Shown piece by piece: positions 1-11,341 of a stretch of 53,983 nt of DNA. Numbering within the stretch: position 1 is the stretch's first letter; every line of letters starts with the position of its first letter. Position numbers and translations under genes: made by a program. The DNA is from Salisapilia sapeloensis CBS 127946 (Eukaryota > Protista > Oomycota), in contig JAADVB010000118.1 in assembly GCA_023334545.1 (NCBI GenBank), positions 1 through 53,983 on the forward strand, read 5' to 3'. The notes under the pieces were generated by a model that was not told the origin of the DNA, made no database searches, and saw only the letters and a program-made list of their open reading frames with translations.

Positions 1-1
1 C

Positions 2-523
2 AATAGCTCACTCAACGTCAGTAGCTACGTTTTGGCCAACTTCTTTGCAGCGCTACCAGGCATCTTCCTGATTGCACTGATATCATCTATACTGGTGGTC
101 TACTTGGCTGGATTAAATGCCTTTGGATGGTTCTTGCTGAACCTGTTCCTGTCGCTAGTTGCAGCTGAAAGTATGATGCATGTCATCGGCGCCGCTGTAC
201 CACACTACATCATTGGTATTGCCCTCGGAGCTGGCGTCTTTGGTATGTTCATGCTGTGTGAGGGCTTCATGGTGCCTCGAGAAGTGATCCCAGATTACTG
301 GATCTGGGGTTACTACCTTGCATTCCACTCGTACTCGTTCGAGTCGTTCGTGTACAAGCAGTTTGTGGACGAAGACTCGGTCATCGCGCAAGGCATTTTA
401 AATCGATTGGGCATGGAAGACGTCGATGTGCCTCGTGATATGGCATTGCTTGTAGTCTACGCTGTTGGATTCGAGCTCATCTTTGCTGCTATCCTGTACA
501 AATTCCACACTGGTAAGCGCTAA
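2..523 (+). CDS. ABC transporter G-family, C-terminal ABC2 membrane domain (5'-truncated by window edge)
   Basis: Frame is open from nt 2 (NSSLNVSSYVLANFFAALP). Several hydrophobic helices and an ABCG-type F(x)GFMVP...IPDYWIW segment. Stop TAA at 521-523. Confidence 0.88.
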   Translation, partial: NSSLNVSSYVLANFFAALPGIFLIALISSILVVYLAGLNAFGWFLLNLFLSLVAAESMMHVIGAAVPHYIIGIALGAGVFGMFMLCEGFMVPREVIPDYWIWGYYLAFHSYSFESFVYKQFVDEDSVIAQGILNRLGMEDVDVPRDMALLVVYAVGFELIFAAILYKFHTGKR

Positions 524-964
524 GTTGTAGTGTTACTTGCAAAGATAATACAACTACCATTGTCGATTACTTCGTCTTAAAATATTTAAAGTGAATCCTA
601 AACCACAGCATCATAATATCGTCTATTAACGAAACACTTCTACGTGAGCTTTCCATTATCCCAAAGCTCATATTTCGTGGGTATTTAAAATACGGCATGT
701 CAAACCTGCTGAAACTCAAGTGAATATGATATGTCTGATGTAAACAATATGGTCCAGCATTGCCCGCAATAATGAGATCTTCTAGACCGCACTGTCATTA
801 AATCGTCACTCTCTGGAGGCGGTCTATCTTGTTTATAACGAAGACGATTAAATGGCGAAAAGCGAGAATAAGCTATAGAAAAATGAGGTAGATCTTTCCT
901 AGGTTTGATACCACCTATTAGACACGTAAACGAACATTTTAAGTCTCAATGTCACTAATCCAGT

Positions 965-1011
965 CTTGCATAATAATTTATGCAAGCACGTATGCTTGAG
1001 CATTTAAGCAT
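965..1011. repeat. Two adjacent short inverted repeats (hairpin-forming)
   Basis: CTTGCATAA-TAAT-TTATGCAAG (965-986, perfect 9-bp stem) followed by ATGCTTGA-GCAT-TTAAGCAT (992-1011, 8-bp stem with 1 mismatch). Confidence 0.6.
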
Positions 1012-2486
1012 CTTTCAAAGACACTCTAACAAAGTAGTCGATTTCACCGCACCGTGGGGTAAAACACAAATATAAGTCATTTTCATGGCATCTACTGATT
1101 ACTCCAGAGATGAAACCATCCTTCTCAAATTGTTGCTATTATTCATAGGCGAAAGACAAGGCAAAAATCTCCATAGTACTTGGCTACTAATTGTAAATTG
1201 TACGCATGTGGTACCGTCACACATTTTTCGCACTAAGAAATCTTTATAGAAAGATCATATCCAATTCCGTACTGAAGCTGGGACAAACAATTGCAAGTAC
1301 ACCAAAGCCAAGGAAATGCGGTCATGGTAAAATGAAACTATCTTCAAAACACCATGTTAAAGCACATACGTTGTTGTCGAAGCAGATATTTGAAGCGGTT
1401 TTATTCTTCGGTCTCGATATTTATTCCCAACGGGTCGATCCTCGTATCAGCGGATAAGTAATCAAAAGCTGCTCTACGATTACCGAGAGAAAAAAGATTA
1501 GCTAGTGGACAGTCTTGAATAATTCATAGGATTCTTTTTAATGTCAATAGAGCTATTCATTTGTTGATTTCTTTAAAAGCTCAAATGTTTCAGGATAGCA
1601 CAAGTGACTACTGTATCCAGGAGCAGTTTGCTCCTTCCATCTTTAACGCGTTGCTTCTCTCCTCATAGTCAATGTTCGCCAACACGAAATACCGAGTTAT
1701 GTACGTTGATAGGAATTAGACCGTGAACTCACTTGGTATCTACTGCTTGACAAACCTCGCTCTTTCCAAGCTTGTTGATTCTCATGCATGTATAACAGGC
1801 ATATATTTACCCCATATTTATTAGATCGCTTTGAATGAGCTGGCTGTTATTTCCAATGAATCGGAGAGGTAAGCTTCTGGCAATCAATTACGAAATCAAT
1901 GCTTACTTTCATATTGACATTTACAGTTTCGTTTCGTCTACTACCTTATATTGGCTCTCTATACTAAAGACAGTTTTCTCCATATCGTAGAAACTGGAGA
2001 ATCTTATCTACTTCCTCACTTCACTACTGTCTGTGAATGGTTTGGTCGATGCCAATATATGCTCGGTAAATAAAGGAAGCTTATTTATTAAACACGATGT
2101 CTTGCTACCGAAAGTATGGTCATCTGCTTATACATATAATTCACGAATTAATAAGGGAGGATTATATAGAATAAGCAAGAAAATCGAATGGTATATCATC
2201 ATGTGTGTAAAACAATGCTTATGAAGTTGGCAGTACATTAAGAATCGTATCCCCATCAAGCTACACCCCCTCCGTCATCCCGACTTCCTCCTTATTCGTT
2301 TTTGACTTGCTCAATCACAAAAACAAAAAAATTCAATAAAATTTATGTTTTTCTCTTTGCTTTACTTACTTGCTTGCCAGTACGAAAGAACCCATCTTCG
2401 TTGAGCCAATCTGAATTATTGGTTCAACTTAATTCGTCCCATTTCATCATACTCATCCCTGTAGAGATTTATGTTAGAATACTTCC

Positions 2487-4616
2487 TTAGCATAGCGGAA
2501 TTTGATTGTCTTTGGCCGCTCGTGCCAGCTTAATTTTACTATCATCTGAATTCCGAACGACGCCATCAATTTGATAGGTACTGGGATCCACGTTAGCTTG
2601 GAAAACTGAGATATCAAAGTTTATCCAGGGGAAAATCGGACGAGTTTGGAATTTGCCGTTGTGAATATGGTAGTTTTGTTCCAAGTAGACGAAAGGTCGA
2701 ATGTACACCGAGTTTCCAAATCTATAACTCATCTGGTGTTGAGAGCGAATAAGAGCTTTAGCACGCAATGGGTCATCTGTAAAAACCTCAATTCCATTGC
2801 GCTCATAAGTCCTCCAAAACTTTGCAAGTGATATTTTCTTCTCCTTCTGGCGAAGGTAGAGCATAACAAATGCCTTCGCAAGTCCAAATAATAAAGAATA
2901 CAGGATACTGTATCCAATTACATTCACCAGAGGAGTGAAAAAGATTTTCATGACCTCACCGCTGTTAGATGCATCTCCATACCTGTACATGGTAAATTTC
3001 ATAATGTGAGTGAATAGACCGGGTAGTGTTGGCAAGTCATAGCGTGTGCCATCATGAGCTGCTTTCACCGTGCAAATGCCCATGAGGGCGCTGTAATTTG
3101 TCTCCACTGCTAGAAACGTTGCTGCCATAACCTCGAATGATGTGATAAACGTGATTTCTGTGAGCAAGGCGGCAAGTCGCTCATTCATCAAGACGACAGT
3201 GTAGCGCCATATGAAGTTGATAAATATGACGTTCACGGGCCATACGCGGAAGGTACTTAGAATGGCACTGATGACTTGGAACCAATCGTTGGACCAACTC
3301 AACACGTTTGAGTTTGGGCTGATATAAATCCAAGATAAAAAGGCATCAATAACGAGGAGCACACACAGCGTTTTGTTCCAGAAGGAGACGCTGCTGAGGT
3401 CAGTATACAGTAGCACTCGAGATAATTCGGAGTCTTTCTTCTTCTTGTTACTCGAACTCGTTCCTCCTTCACTAGCGTTAGTGTTGCTATATTCATGGGT
3501 TGACTTGTGAGTACTCTCGGCTGTGGAACGTGTCGCAGTAATCGTAGTAGCCGTACTTGAGGCTGACACTCCGTACGATTTGCGTTTGCGCAGGCCTAAA
3601 ATTAGTGGCCGCACAACGCCGTACGCGACTGTGCATGAATCACCAATGTTGATGTAGATGATCATAATTTCCAAGAACAGCATCAAATAGTACAGTTCAC
3701 CGGTCATTGCAATGTCTCCATCGATGAAGTGATAGATAGTAGTGTACTCAACTTCATCCGGCACTCGATTGTCGATTGTATAGCTAATAACAGTGCGCAG
3801 ATCACTTCGAATGAAAGAGTTACCAATGCGGAAGAAATCGGTATTTTGCCAGAACGAAATTGTTTCCGCCATTATCCATCGAAAGTAGACGCCCATGCGA
3901 GGATTAATGTTTATCTCAATAGCCTCGCTGTCAGTCGCGTCTGTCCAAATACAAAAGTACTCAGTCGATTGTGCTCGAACGACTATTTCTCCCTTGGACG
4001 GAAATTCTACCACTTCTGTACATAATGTGTGTTCCCAAAGATCTAAACGCGTCGCGAACTTATCAAAAAGTCTTCTCGACAGATTAGCAAGTTCTTCAGC
4101 ATCTTCATCTTTGATCATCGCTATAAGTTGGTTCAGAATTGCTCTCTCATGTATGCCCCACGTAGAGGCCATGAGCATCGATGTTTGTGGTTTAAAGGGC
4201 ATTGGGTGATGGATCGCATCGCCGATTAATCCAGCGGCCCAAATCAAGGCTTCAATATTGACTGAACCGATCATAAGTGCTTCAGGCTCCAGTGGATACC
4301 CCTCGATGAAACAATCCTTTCCATAAGCAGATAATTGGACGGGTCCGGCGAGTAGCATGGAGGGTATCAGCGTATTGCATCGCGTAGCAACTGCATTCCA
4401 CATGTTGGTGGGTTCATGTCTAGTATTGTTGTTTTGAATGAGTATATCGGTCAAGTTCCACTCCGATTGCTTCTCAACATTATTAAATGTGAAAGACATG
4501 CTTTTCGATGGGCCAGTCATCGCAATCTTGTAATACAGATCCTTAATATCCATAAAAGCAAGGAACGTCGCAAATAGGACCATCAAGATGACGCTGTTCC
4601 TCTTGTTAAGCGCCAT
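2487..4616 (-). CDS. Intronless multi-pass membrane protein of unknown function (N-terminal anchor, ~280-aa loop, ~5-6 further TM helices)
   Basis: 709-aa ATG-TAA ORF with clear hydrophobic segments and a Ser/Thr/Lys-rich loop. The layout resembles oomycete-specific transmembrane families. No catalytic motif recognised. Confidence 0.82.
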   Translation of the reverse strand: MALNKRNSVILMVLFATFLAFMDIKDLYYKIAMTGPSKSMSFTFNNVEKQSEWNLTDILIQNNNTRHEPTNMWNAVATRCNTLIPSMLLAGPVQLSAYGKDCFIEGYPLEPEALMIGSVNIEALIWAAGLIGDAIHHPMPFKPQTSMLMASTWGIHERAILNQLIAMIKDEDAEELANLSRRLFDKFATRLDLWEHTLCTEVVEFPSKGEIVVRAQSTEYFCIWTDATDSEAIEININPRMGVYFRWIMAETISFWQNTDFFRIGNSFIRSDLRTVISYTIDNRVPDEVEYTTIYHFIDGDIAMTGELYYLMLFLEIMIIYINIGDSCTVAYGVVRPLILGLRKRKSYGVSASSTATTITATRSTAESTHKSTHEYSNTNASEGGTSSSNKKKKDSELSRVLLYTDLSSVSFWNKTLCVLLVIDAFLSWIYISPNSNVLSWSNDWFQVISAILSTFRVWPVNVIFINFIWRYTVVLMNERLAALLTEITFITSFEVMAATFLAVETNYSALMGICTVKAAHDGTRYDLPTLPGLFTHIMKFTMYRYGDASNSGEVMKIFFTPLVNVIGYSILYSLLFGLAKAFVMLYLRQKEKKISLAKFWRTYERNGIEVFTDDPLRAKALIRSQHQMSYRFGNSVYIRPFVYLEQNYHIHNGKFQTRPIFPWINFDISVFQANVDPSTYQIDGVVRNSDDSKIKLARAAKDNQIPLC

Positions 4617-4703
4617 GCTTTTACTTTGGAGGAATCCGGAGTTATTTGAAGAGATCTATTCGGTCTAACGAGATAATTATAAAGTGAGGTAAAGTCGATA
4701 AAG

Positions 4704-4740
4704 AAAAGGGCTAGCCGTTTCAACGGGCTTAGACCCTTTT
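4704..4740. repeat. Imperfect 37-nt inverted repeat upstream of the membrane-protein gene
   Basis: AAAAGGGCTAGCCGTT-TC-AACGGGCTTAGACCCTTTT. The arms are reverse complements apart from three single-base bulges. Confidence 0.6.
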
Positions 4741-6124
4741 AGAATAACGACATGGGCATTTTAAGTCAACCTTGTGGCTTTTTGAGCTTCTAGTAAGTTC
4801 TTCCTTCCGTAACTTGGGATTGTGGCGGTGAAACTTCCACCGTAATTGCAATCATACTTGAAGCGGATTTCTGTAATCTGAGCTCGAGACTTTTCGGTAG
4901 ATATTCGCACGAAATGATTTCTATATTATTTAGTTTGTTATTGGCGTGCTCTGCATTCTTCCAGTCACATGCGCTTCGTGAAAGACCGAAAAGAATTACC
5001 TGCATATGAGTAAACAGACAAAGAGAGGATACTTCGGCGTCGTGTTGTAAGGTCACTGTCTCTAACCACTTGCAGTTGACTGGTATTGCCATCTCCTTGA
5101 TACACAAATAAATTCCCTCTCGAGGTTTAGTTCTGGACGGGTCTTACGAACACAAGAATCATATTTTGAATTGCTATGACTATGGACGCCTACTCTATCG
5201 AGCCACGGAAAGGAACAACTATCATAACAGATAGTTGATTCCTTAGGAACGCCCTTATCCTTTTTTTACGTGTTTCAGACCGTTTTCAAGCTATTTTTAC
5301 TTTTCGAATCGCTTTTCTCATGACATGGCACTGCTTTCTCAGTCCATCAAGAGAAATCCAAAGTTTAGTACTTGCACAAAAGTATTAGCCGTCTGTAGCT
5401 GCAGTAATCATCTCTACCCTGCCTAGTCATCGTGCGTCTCCAAGTTATACCCTTCCTATTATAAATTCAATAAAGCTCCACTTCTAGTAAACGTATCTTT
5501 AGTTCCTATAGAGCCCCGCAAAGTGCCTGCCTCTCACATTACATGCCCGAGCGTAGATATCATGTAAATTTCATCGACACATGATGGGCATAGTATACGT
5601 TTCTTGTAAATTTCATTACAGCAACTCTTGTCAATTCATAGATCGAAGGCGATTGCTTAAGTCCATAAGGTGTCTAGCTTATAAGTCCATTAAAAAGCAT
5701 AGTCAAGAATACCCTTGCCAGCAAGTCACACAGCGCTCCGATAAAGATGAGAAGAGAGAGATCCATTTGCTACTGTCTTGATCTCACCAGTCTCTCATCA
5801 TCTCTCGAGAAAGGAGACTCATTCAAATAAGAAGACTGTTCGCCCCTCTTTCTGTCAATCACAATGCCGAACGTGTCTTTAAAGTTATATTGGATTCATC
5901 ATAACCTTTCACTGTCCTCAAGGTATCCTTACAGGAACACTATTTATCCCACCAGCTAATCAAGTAGGAAAGATCGTTTCTCTCATTCGATGAAACAGAG
6001 CGATGCTTCGCCCACATTTTTTAACTTAAACGCGGCGCTTCACACCATTGAAAGCAAAAAATGTTTATGTATTGCATTGCGACCTGCAGTTTTTTTCATT
6101 TTCATTGTCATCACGCTTTCACAT

Positions 6125-7294
6125 TTAGGCTAAGACTCCAGCAGCTTGCAGTTCCCGATGGGTGGCAAAAGCATGCTTCTTCAAACGAGGGTCTTGGATG
6201 CTTTGCCATCCACGCGCCATACTCAGCACCTCCGCCGCGCCATCAGCTTGCGCCAATTCGCTCGCATACTGACCGCACAAGGCAGACACGACGTGCAGGC
6301 ACTCGCGCTGAGCCTCTGGATCCACATCTTCCCCCGCAGCAAACTTCACAACGAACTGCCAACCGTCCGACTTGATAAATGCATCTCGGCAGCTTGCATC
6401 TTCACATAAATTCCCCAACGCAACGCCAACAAGCGTGTTCACTGGTGACGCTGGGCGTTGGGTCGCCAGGCGTACGAGAATAGGCACAAGCGATGCCAAG
6501 TCTGCCTTGCTGTCCACTTGGGAAGCCAAGGAAATGGCGCCGAGAACCCCCTGCACTTGCGTATCGATCATAGATGCCGTCAGCAACGACTTGACAGGCT
6601 CCACGCCCTGAAGCGCGCTGACCTTTTGCACAGGCATCGTTGGCTTTGGTGCCGGACGCTTTACACCAGCAACTGTCGACTTGTCCGAAAGGAGCAGACT
6701 GCGCTTGAAAAAGAGCTTGAGCTCACCGTAAATGTGCATGAGCGCCGTGACGTCTCCTTCTCGACGCTGCACTTCTAGCGCAAACTCTTTCTTTGCACGG
6801 AAGAGAACGATGTGAAAGTTGACGCGCTGCAAGCCACGTCGATAATCGACTTTCCACTTGCATTTCGAAGCATCAAAAGTAAAATCCGTGTCGAGTTCGC
6901 ACAATTTGTGCCCGATAAGTGTCCCAATGCGTGCGACACTCTCTGCTTTCACATGGAAATGCGTGTGCTTCTCCAATCGAAAAGGTGATGGCGGAAGATC
7001 GCGCGGAGAAGCGCTCGCGTAGTTCGAAGTGTCCGTGCGCTGGCCAAAAGATGGCGTCGCATCCGCTTTCTTAGCGGCACCAAACGTAGTCGGGAGGTTG
7101 TCTGCGGGTAGATGAAACGCCCGGGCGCCGAATGGGGCCGGCGTTGCGCCACCTGCCGATAGCGTTCTCGCCATCGAGCGCTGTTCGATCACATCGGGTT
7201 CGTCATCGACATCCACGCGTCCAAAGTGGACCTTTTCCTCCCTATCTTCCGGCGTCGAGCGCCTCCGGGCCGATGCGTTGTCCTTTCGGTCCAT
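6125..7294 (-). CDS. Hypothetical protein with KA1-like domain and C-terminal ARM/HEAT-like helices
   Basis: 389-aa ATG-TAA ORF. KWKV...FHIVLFRAKKEFALEVQRREGDVTALMHIYGELK resembles the KA1/AMPK C-terminal pattern. Helical repeats follow (LVGVALGNLCED, QRECLHVVSALC). Confidence 0.78.
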   Translation of the reverse strand: MDRKDNASARRRSTPEDREEKVHFGRVDVDDEPDVIEQRSMARTLSAGGATPAPFGARAFHLPADNLPTTFGAAKKADATPSFGQRTDTSNYASASPRDLPPSPFRLEKHTHFHVKAESVARIGTLIGHKLCELDTDFTFDASKCKWKVDYRRGLQRVNFHIVLFRAKKEFALEVQRREGDVTALMHIYGELKLFFKRSLLLSDKSTVAGVKRPAPKPTMPVQKVSALQGVEPVKSLLTASMIDTQVQGVLGAISLASQVDSKADLASLVPILVRLATQRPASPVNTLVGVALGNLCEDASCRDAFIKSDGWQFVVKFAAGEDVDPEAQRECLHVVSALCGQYASELAQADGAAEVLSMARGWQSIQDPRLKKHAFATHRELQAAGVLA

Positions 7295-7748
7295 GCGTGC
7301 GTGTATCGATCTGTGGACTTGGTCGATCGTTAGGAAATGAGCTCCTGCGGCAGAAATTCGAGTCAGCAGGAACGTTCCGGGAGACGGTCTGTCTTGCGAG
7401 CAAGTGCTTTGACTGCAAGTTTGTAGGAGACGAGCGGCTGTTCAGGAACGTAGGGCCTAGGGCCGGCCAAGTCTGATCTTTTCATGCGACTTGTCCTCGA
7501 TCTTTGGCGTACTGAAAGACACGTAGCAATTATTGATTTGGAACAGCCATGGTCGAAACTTCGAATCGAGCGATTAGTGATGACGAGTAGAGCGAAATTA
7601 ATTGAAGTGTCTTGGCTATCGTTAGATGTGGTGAGGGACATGTAGTGACATGGATGGGAATGGGTTTGCGACGGAGTGGCTGCCGATCGCAGGTTTAACA
7701 CGAGATACGGTCGTGGATGGTAATTTGAGTGTACACCTAAGATTATAT

Positions 7749-10125
7749 CTACCACCGTACTACAGACGCCTTTAAAAGGTGGATTCTGCATGGACAAACG
7801 AAATCCGGGATGGAATAGAGCGCTAGGAACTCAGACCGAGGTCTTCCAAGTGTTACATGAACGTTCTTCCGGTCCATAAGCGGGATTCGATCTTCCCCTT
7901 CATTCCTTCTGCTTGTCCCGAACACATCGTAGGGATTCATATCTGATGGTCACCACAAGTGCAGGCGCAATGCAAATAGGTGTGCAGATCCAACTGGTTA
8001 CAATTGAATTTTCTTCATTGATGACTTTCACTTGAACATTTTCTAAAGGAATAGGCAGCTTTATCAAAGATCTATCCGACTGTCTGTGGCAGCCACAAAT
8101 TCTTGGAAGAGGTAGTAGAGAGCAGGAAAGAGGTACGAAACGGACGGAATTTGGAAAGCAAAAGTGCTAAATGAACTCGTTTGGACCAAGTCAAATTATT
8201 TCGGCGAAGAAATTTGGATACGCAAGAATGCAGCAAGAAGGTGACTAACGTAGGTAATTGAAAGAACGTGGTTGTTGAAACTACTTCTCATTCGTGAAAT
8301 GTTCCTTCTGCAATTAAAGTTTTAAAGAGACTGTATGGCATTCGCATTCAATTTGTTCGTCTTCATATACCGCATGCTTCCTATGGATGGATACTGGTAT
8401 CTTCCAGATTGGATATGTGACAAGAAAGAAGGCGGAACTAAAAGTATCGTGGCGCATAGAACCTTACGAAACCGACGTTAACTGTATGGCAAGCCGATAG
8501 ATATTCGGTCAAATCGTCGCCTACAGCTTGAGAATGAGACTATTATCTGAATGGCATTGTCGCATAGGCCATTAAACCATACGCAGTGCTTCGCGTCTGC
8601 ATCCCCTAAGAAGGATCTGTGTATGCCATATCGGAAAAGTTCTTTTCAATATCAGTTAGTTCGTCTGTAGCCTCAGCGCCGACCTTATCTGCACCAACTT
8701 TATCGAGCTTATACGCAATGTCTATGCCAAGAATCCGCTGATTATCTCGTTTTTTATCGGTCGGTAGTTTACCTGGAAGCGGTAATGCGTCAGCACTCTT
8801 CTCATGGTATCGTACCATCTGAACCTGCCATTCTTCTTGGCTCTAGTGATTTAGTTGGACGCCACCCATCCTACCTGTTGGCCTATGAAGATAAATCGGG
8901 CTCAGTGTAGCTTTTTAATGATCACACGTTCAAGTGCATAGGTCTTAAAAGATATTTCGACTATGAGAGGACGGATCTTCATTACAACTTTGGATACAAG
9001 TGGGATGACACTTCCGGTAGCTAGTTCTTTGCTGTCAACAATCTTCGGTTCTCTATGTAAATGTGCAAGAGCCAAGTTCATCCTTGTGTACAATATGTAG
9101 TAGACAGCGTCAATAAGCGGTATGGTAACCTCGCGGGTTTCTTTCGTATGCAGTCGACCGTTCTGTATATATTGTGTTTCCTACGATGCTGTGGTTTGGA
9201 TACACGTACAATGTGGTCGGAAGATTGCTACAGATCCTCCCGCGTTGTCAGCTCGAAAGAAAACCTGATACGGTAAAACATTCCAACGAAAGCTCCGAGG
9301 AATCAAAAGCAAATACTTACTGGCATATTAGACCATGTAAGGTACCTTCAGCCGGAGTAATCAGCTTCCATGGAATGCCAAGGACAAGTCGTTTGGACTT
9401 AATGAAGCTAGGAAAGACTTCTAGTTAAATCTTGATGTACATCTTGACGCTACGAGTTCAACATCGTAACAGGCGTAGCATTCGAGGAAACTGTAAGCAT
9501 CCCATAGCAAAAGGCAATGGAGTATTGAATAGTTTATAATTATCCATCAACTAGGTCTTTAAATAAATCTCGCATTTACTTTTCTTTATGAAATATTCTA
9601 TTATCTCCAAGTGAGCGAAGCTTCTGGGTTGTTGATACACTCCATTGAATTTATTGCTTCGTAGTATCATTATTTCTTCGAGTGAAGAGAATTCTAAACT
9701 TGCTCATAGCTTGCTGTACGTCAAATTCGACGATGAGTAAAACGCTCGCTATCGACTTATATGAGCGCGGCGCATCTATTAATCATGCACTTGGGTACGT
9801 GCTTTGACATTTTATTTCTCTACTTAAAATACCGCTCATTCACTTCACCGAATGGCATGAAATTACCAGCGATCCTTCTTACATTTCGAATCGCTTGGCT
9901 CGCACGTAATTGTATATCGATCACTGGAGCTTTACAAGACCACTCAATAGTGCTAGATTTTAATGACCACTGCATCTCGGGATAGATTAGATTATAAAAT
10001 AGCCAAGTCGGGCGGTGCACCACTGAGTAGGCCTCTCCATGGAAACGGGCTGCTGCTGTATCACACAGTACTTGAATTATCCAGCTCTTCCCACTTTCAT
10101 TCCAGTCTATTTCACAGCATCCCAA
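7749..10125 (-). pseudogene. Possible decayed gene or element: scattered minus-strand coding-like fragments
   Basis: Short minus-strand ORFs at 7749-7940, 8606-8818, 8902-9180 and 9820-10125, a GTAAGT donor near 9320, and interspersed stops. No family recognised. Confidence 0.25.
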
Positions 10126-10777
10126 GTGCGTGTACTGTTGCTCTACTAATTCCGACTTATGTGCTCTATTTAGAAGCCTACACGCGAATCAATTAAGTGC
10201 AGAAGCAGCACACATTTCCCCAACTTTTACGTGCCTGAGCACAAGACTAGCTAAGTCTATTGATGTATCATTTGCACTCTCCTCTAGCAAGTAATACCTG
10301 TCCTATAAACTTTATTTGCCCAAATTTCCATTGGAAATTCGTTGTGTACGAAATAAATATGTAATGTTTTCTCAATCTTTCTTTCTAGAAGAGGCGAAAG
10401 TCATCACTGAGCAGGTGACTTGAATTCTCTTGCCCTGGCTTTGCCCAAGACGTCCTTGCTCTGTCGCACGCGCACCCTGATCTGAAAGCTCCCCCAGTTT
10501 TTACACTCGAGGAGATTTACGGTATGCACATCCAATCATCGACAGTGTCCGACGCTCGATATTTATCTCGGATTCGGATTACACTAAAAAATGAAATACT
10601 GAAGCTGCCTTTAATCTCCTCTAGCTGTAACACATATTTGTACATGAATGGAGAATAGGCATCGAAAAGGTTTGTACGTCTCGAGAGGCTACTCGCGATC
10701 GATAAACTATGCCAACGGCCACCAGTGCTTCGATGCACCCATTTCCATATTTCTGACATCTCAGCGCTTTTCTAGTA

Positions 10778-10828
10778 CCTTCCAAGTTGCCATGCTACTG
10801 CCTTCCAACTTGTCATGCTACATGCCTT
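10778..10828. repeat. Degenerate tandem duplication, 23-24-nt unit x2 plus partial
   Basis: CCTTCCAAGTTGCCATGCTACTG / CCTTCCAACTTGTCATGCTACATG / CCTT. Confidence 0.65.
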
Positions 10829-11341
10829 GGTGTCTTGGCCAAAATGACGCTGCCGACATCGAAGAAGACGAAGAAACGGACCAGCCTATGGCACGTTCCG
10901 AAATTTCGATCGCATCATCCACTATCTCGCACATCGTTCGATCGATACCGAGCTACTAGTACACGAAAGTCTAGCGTAGAACTAATAAACATGAAAGTAG
11001 ACGATGAATATGCATGCACACTTGACGTAAGTTGTCTGCTTCTATCTCAACCCGTAAGTAGCACTTCGATCCATCTGTGTCGCTTCCTCTTGACTTCACT
11101 GGTTGCAAGTGCCGTCGAAAGGCAGAGAGCACGAGTCGAGTGCATGGAATAATTTTCAGTGGCTCGAGTTGTCGATCGAGTATCTAGAAGACCACTAGAC
11201 CGAACGAACTAGACGCCACATCTTTACACGCGAGCATCTTCCGCGTCTATCTCTACCCGGCTTCTCTCGTCGACCACCAATCACTTGATTAAAGTATACT
11301 AAGACTGAACCTTCGATTCCATTTGCACAAATCTCTTGAAA

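Noticed and set aside
7749-7940. HVTLGRP as a Crinkler HVLVxxP motif
   Set aside because: Poor match, with no LFLAK motif or signal peptide.
9995-10085. VLCDTAA as a retrotransposon aspartic protease motif
   Set aside because: Only a weak resemblance to D(T/S)GA, and no RT, RNase H, integrase or LTR signal nearby.
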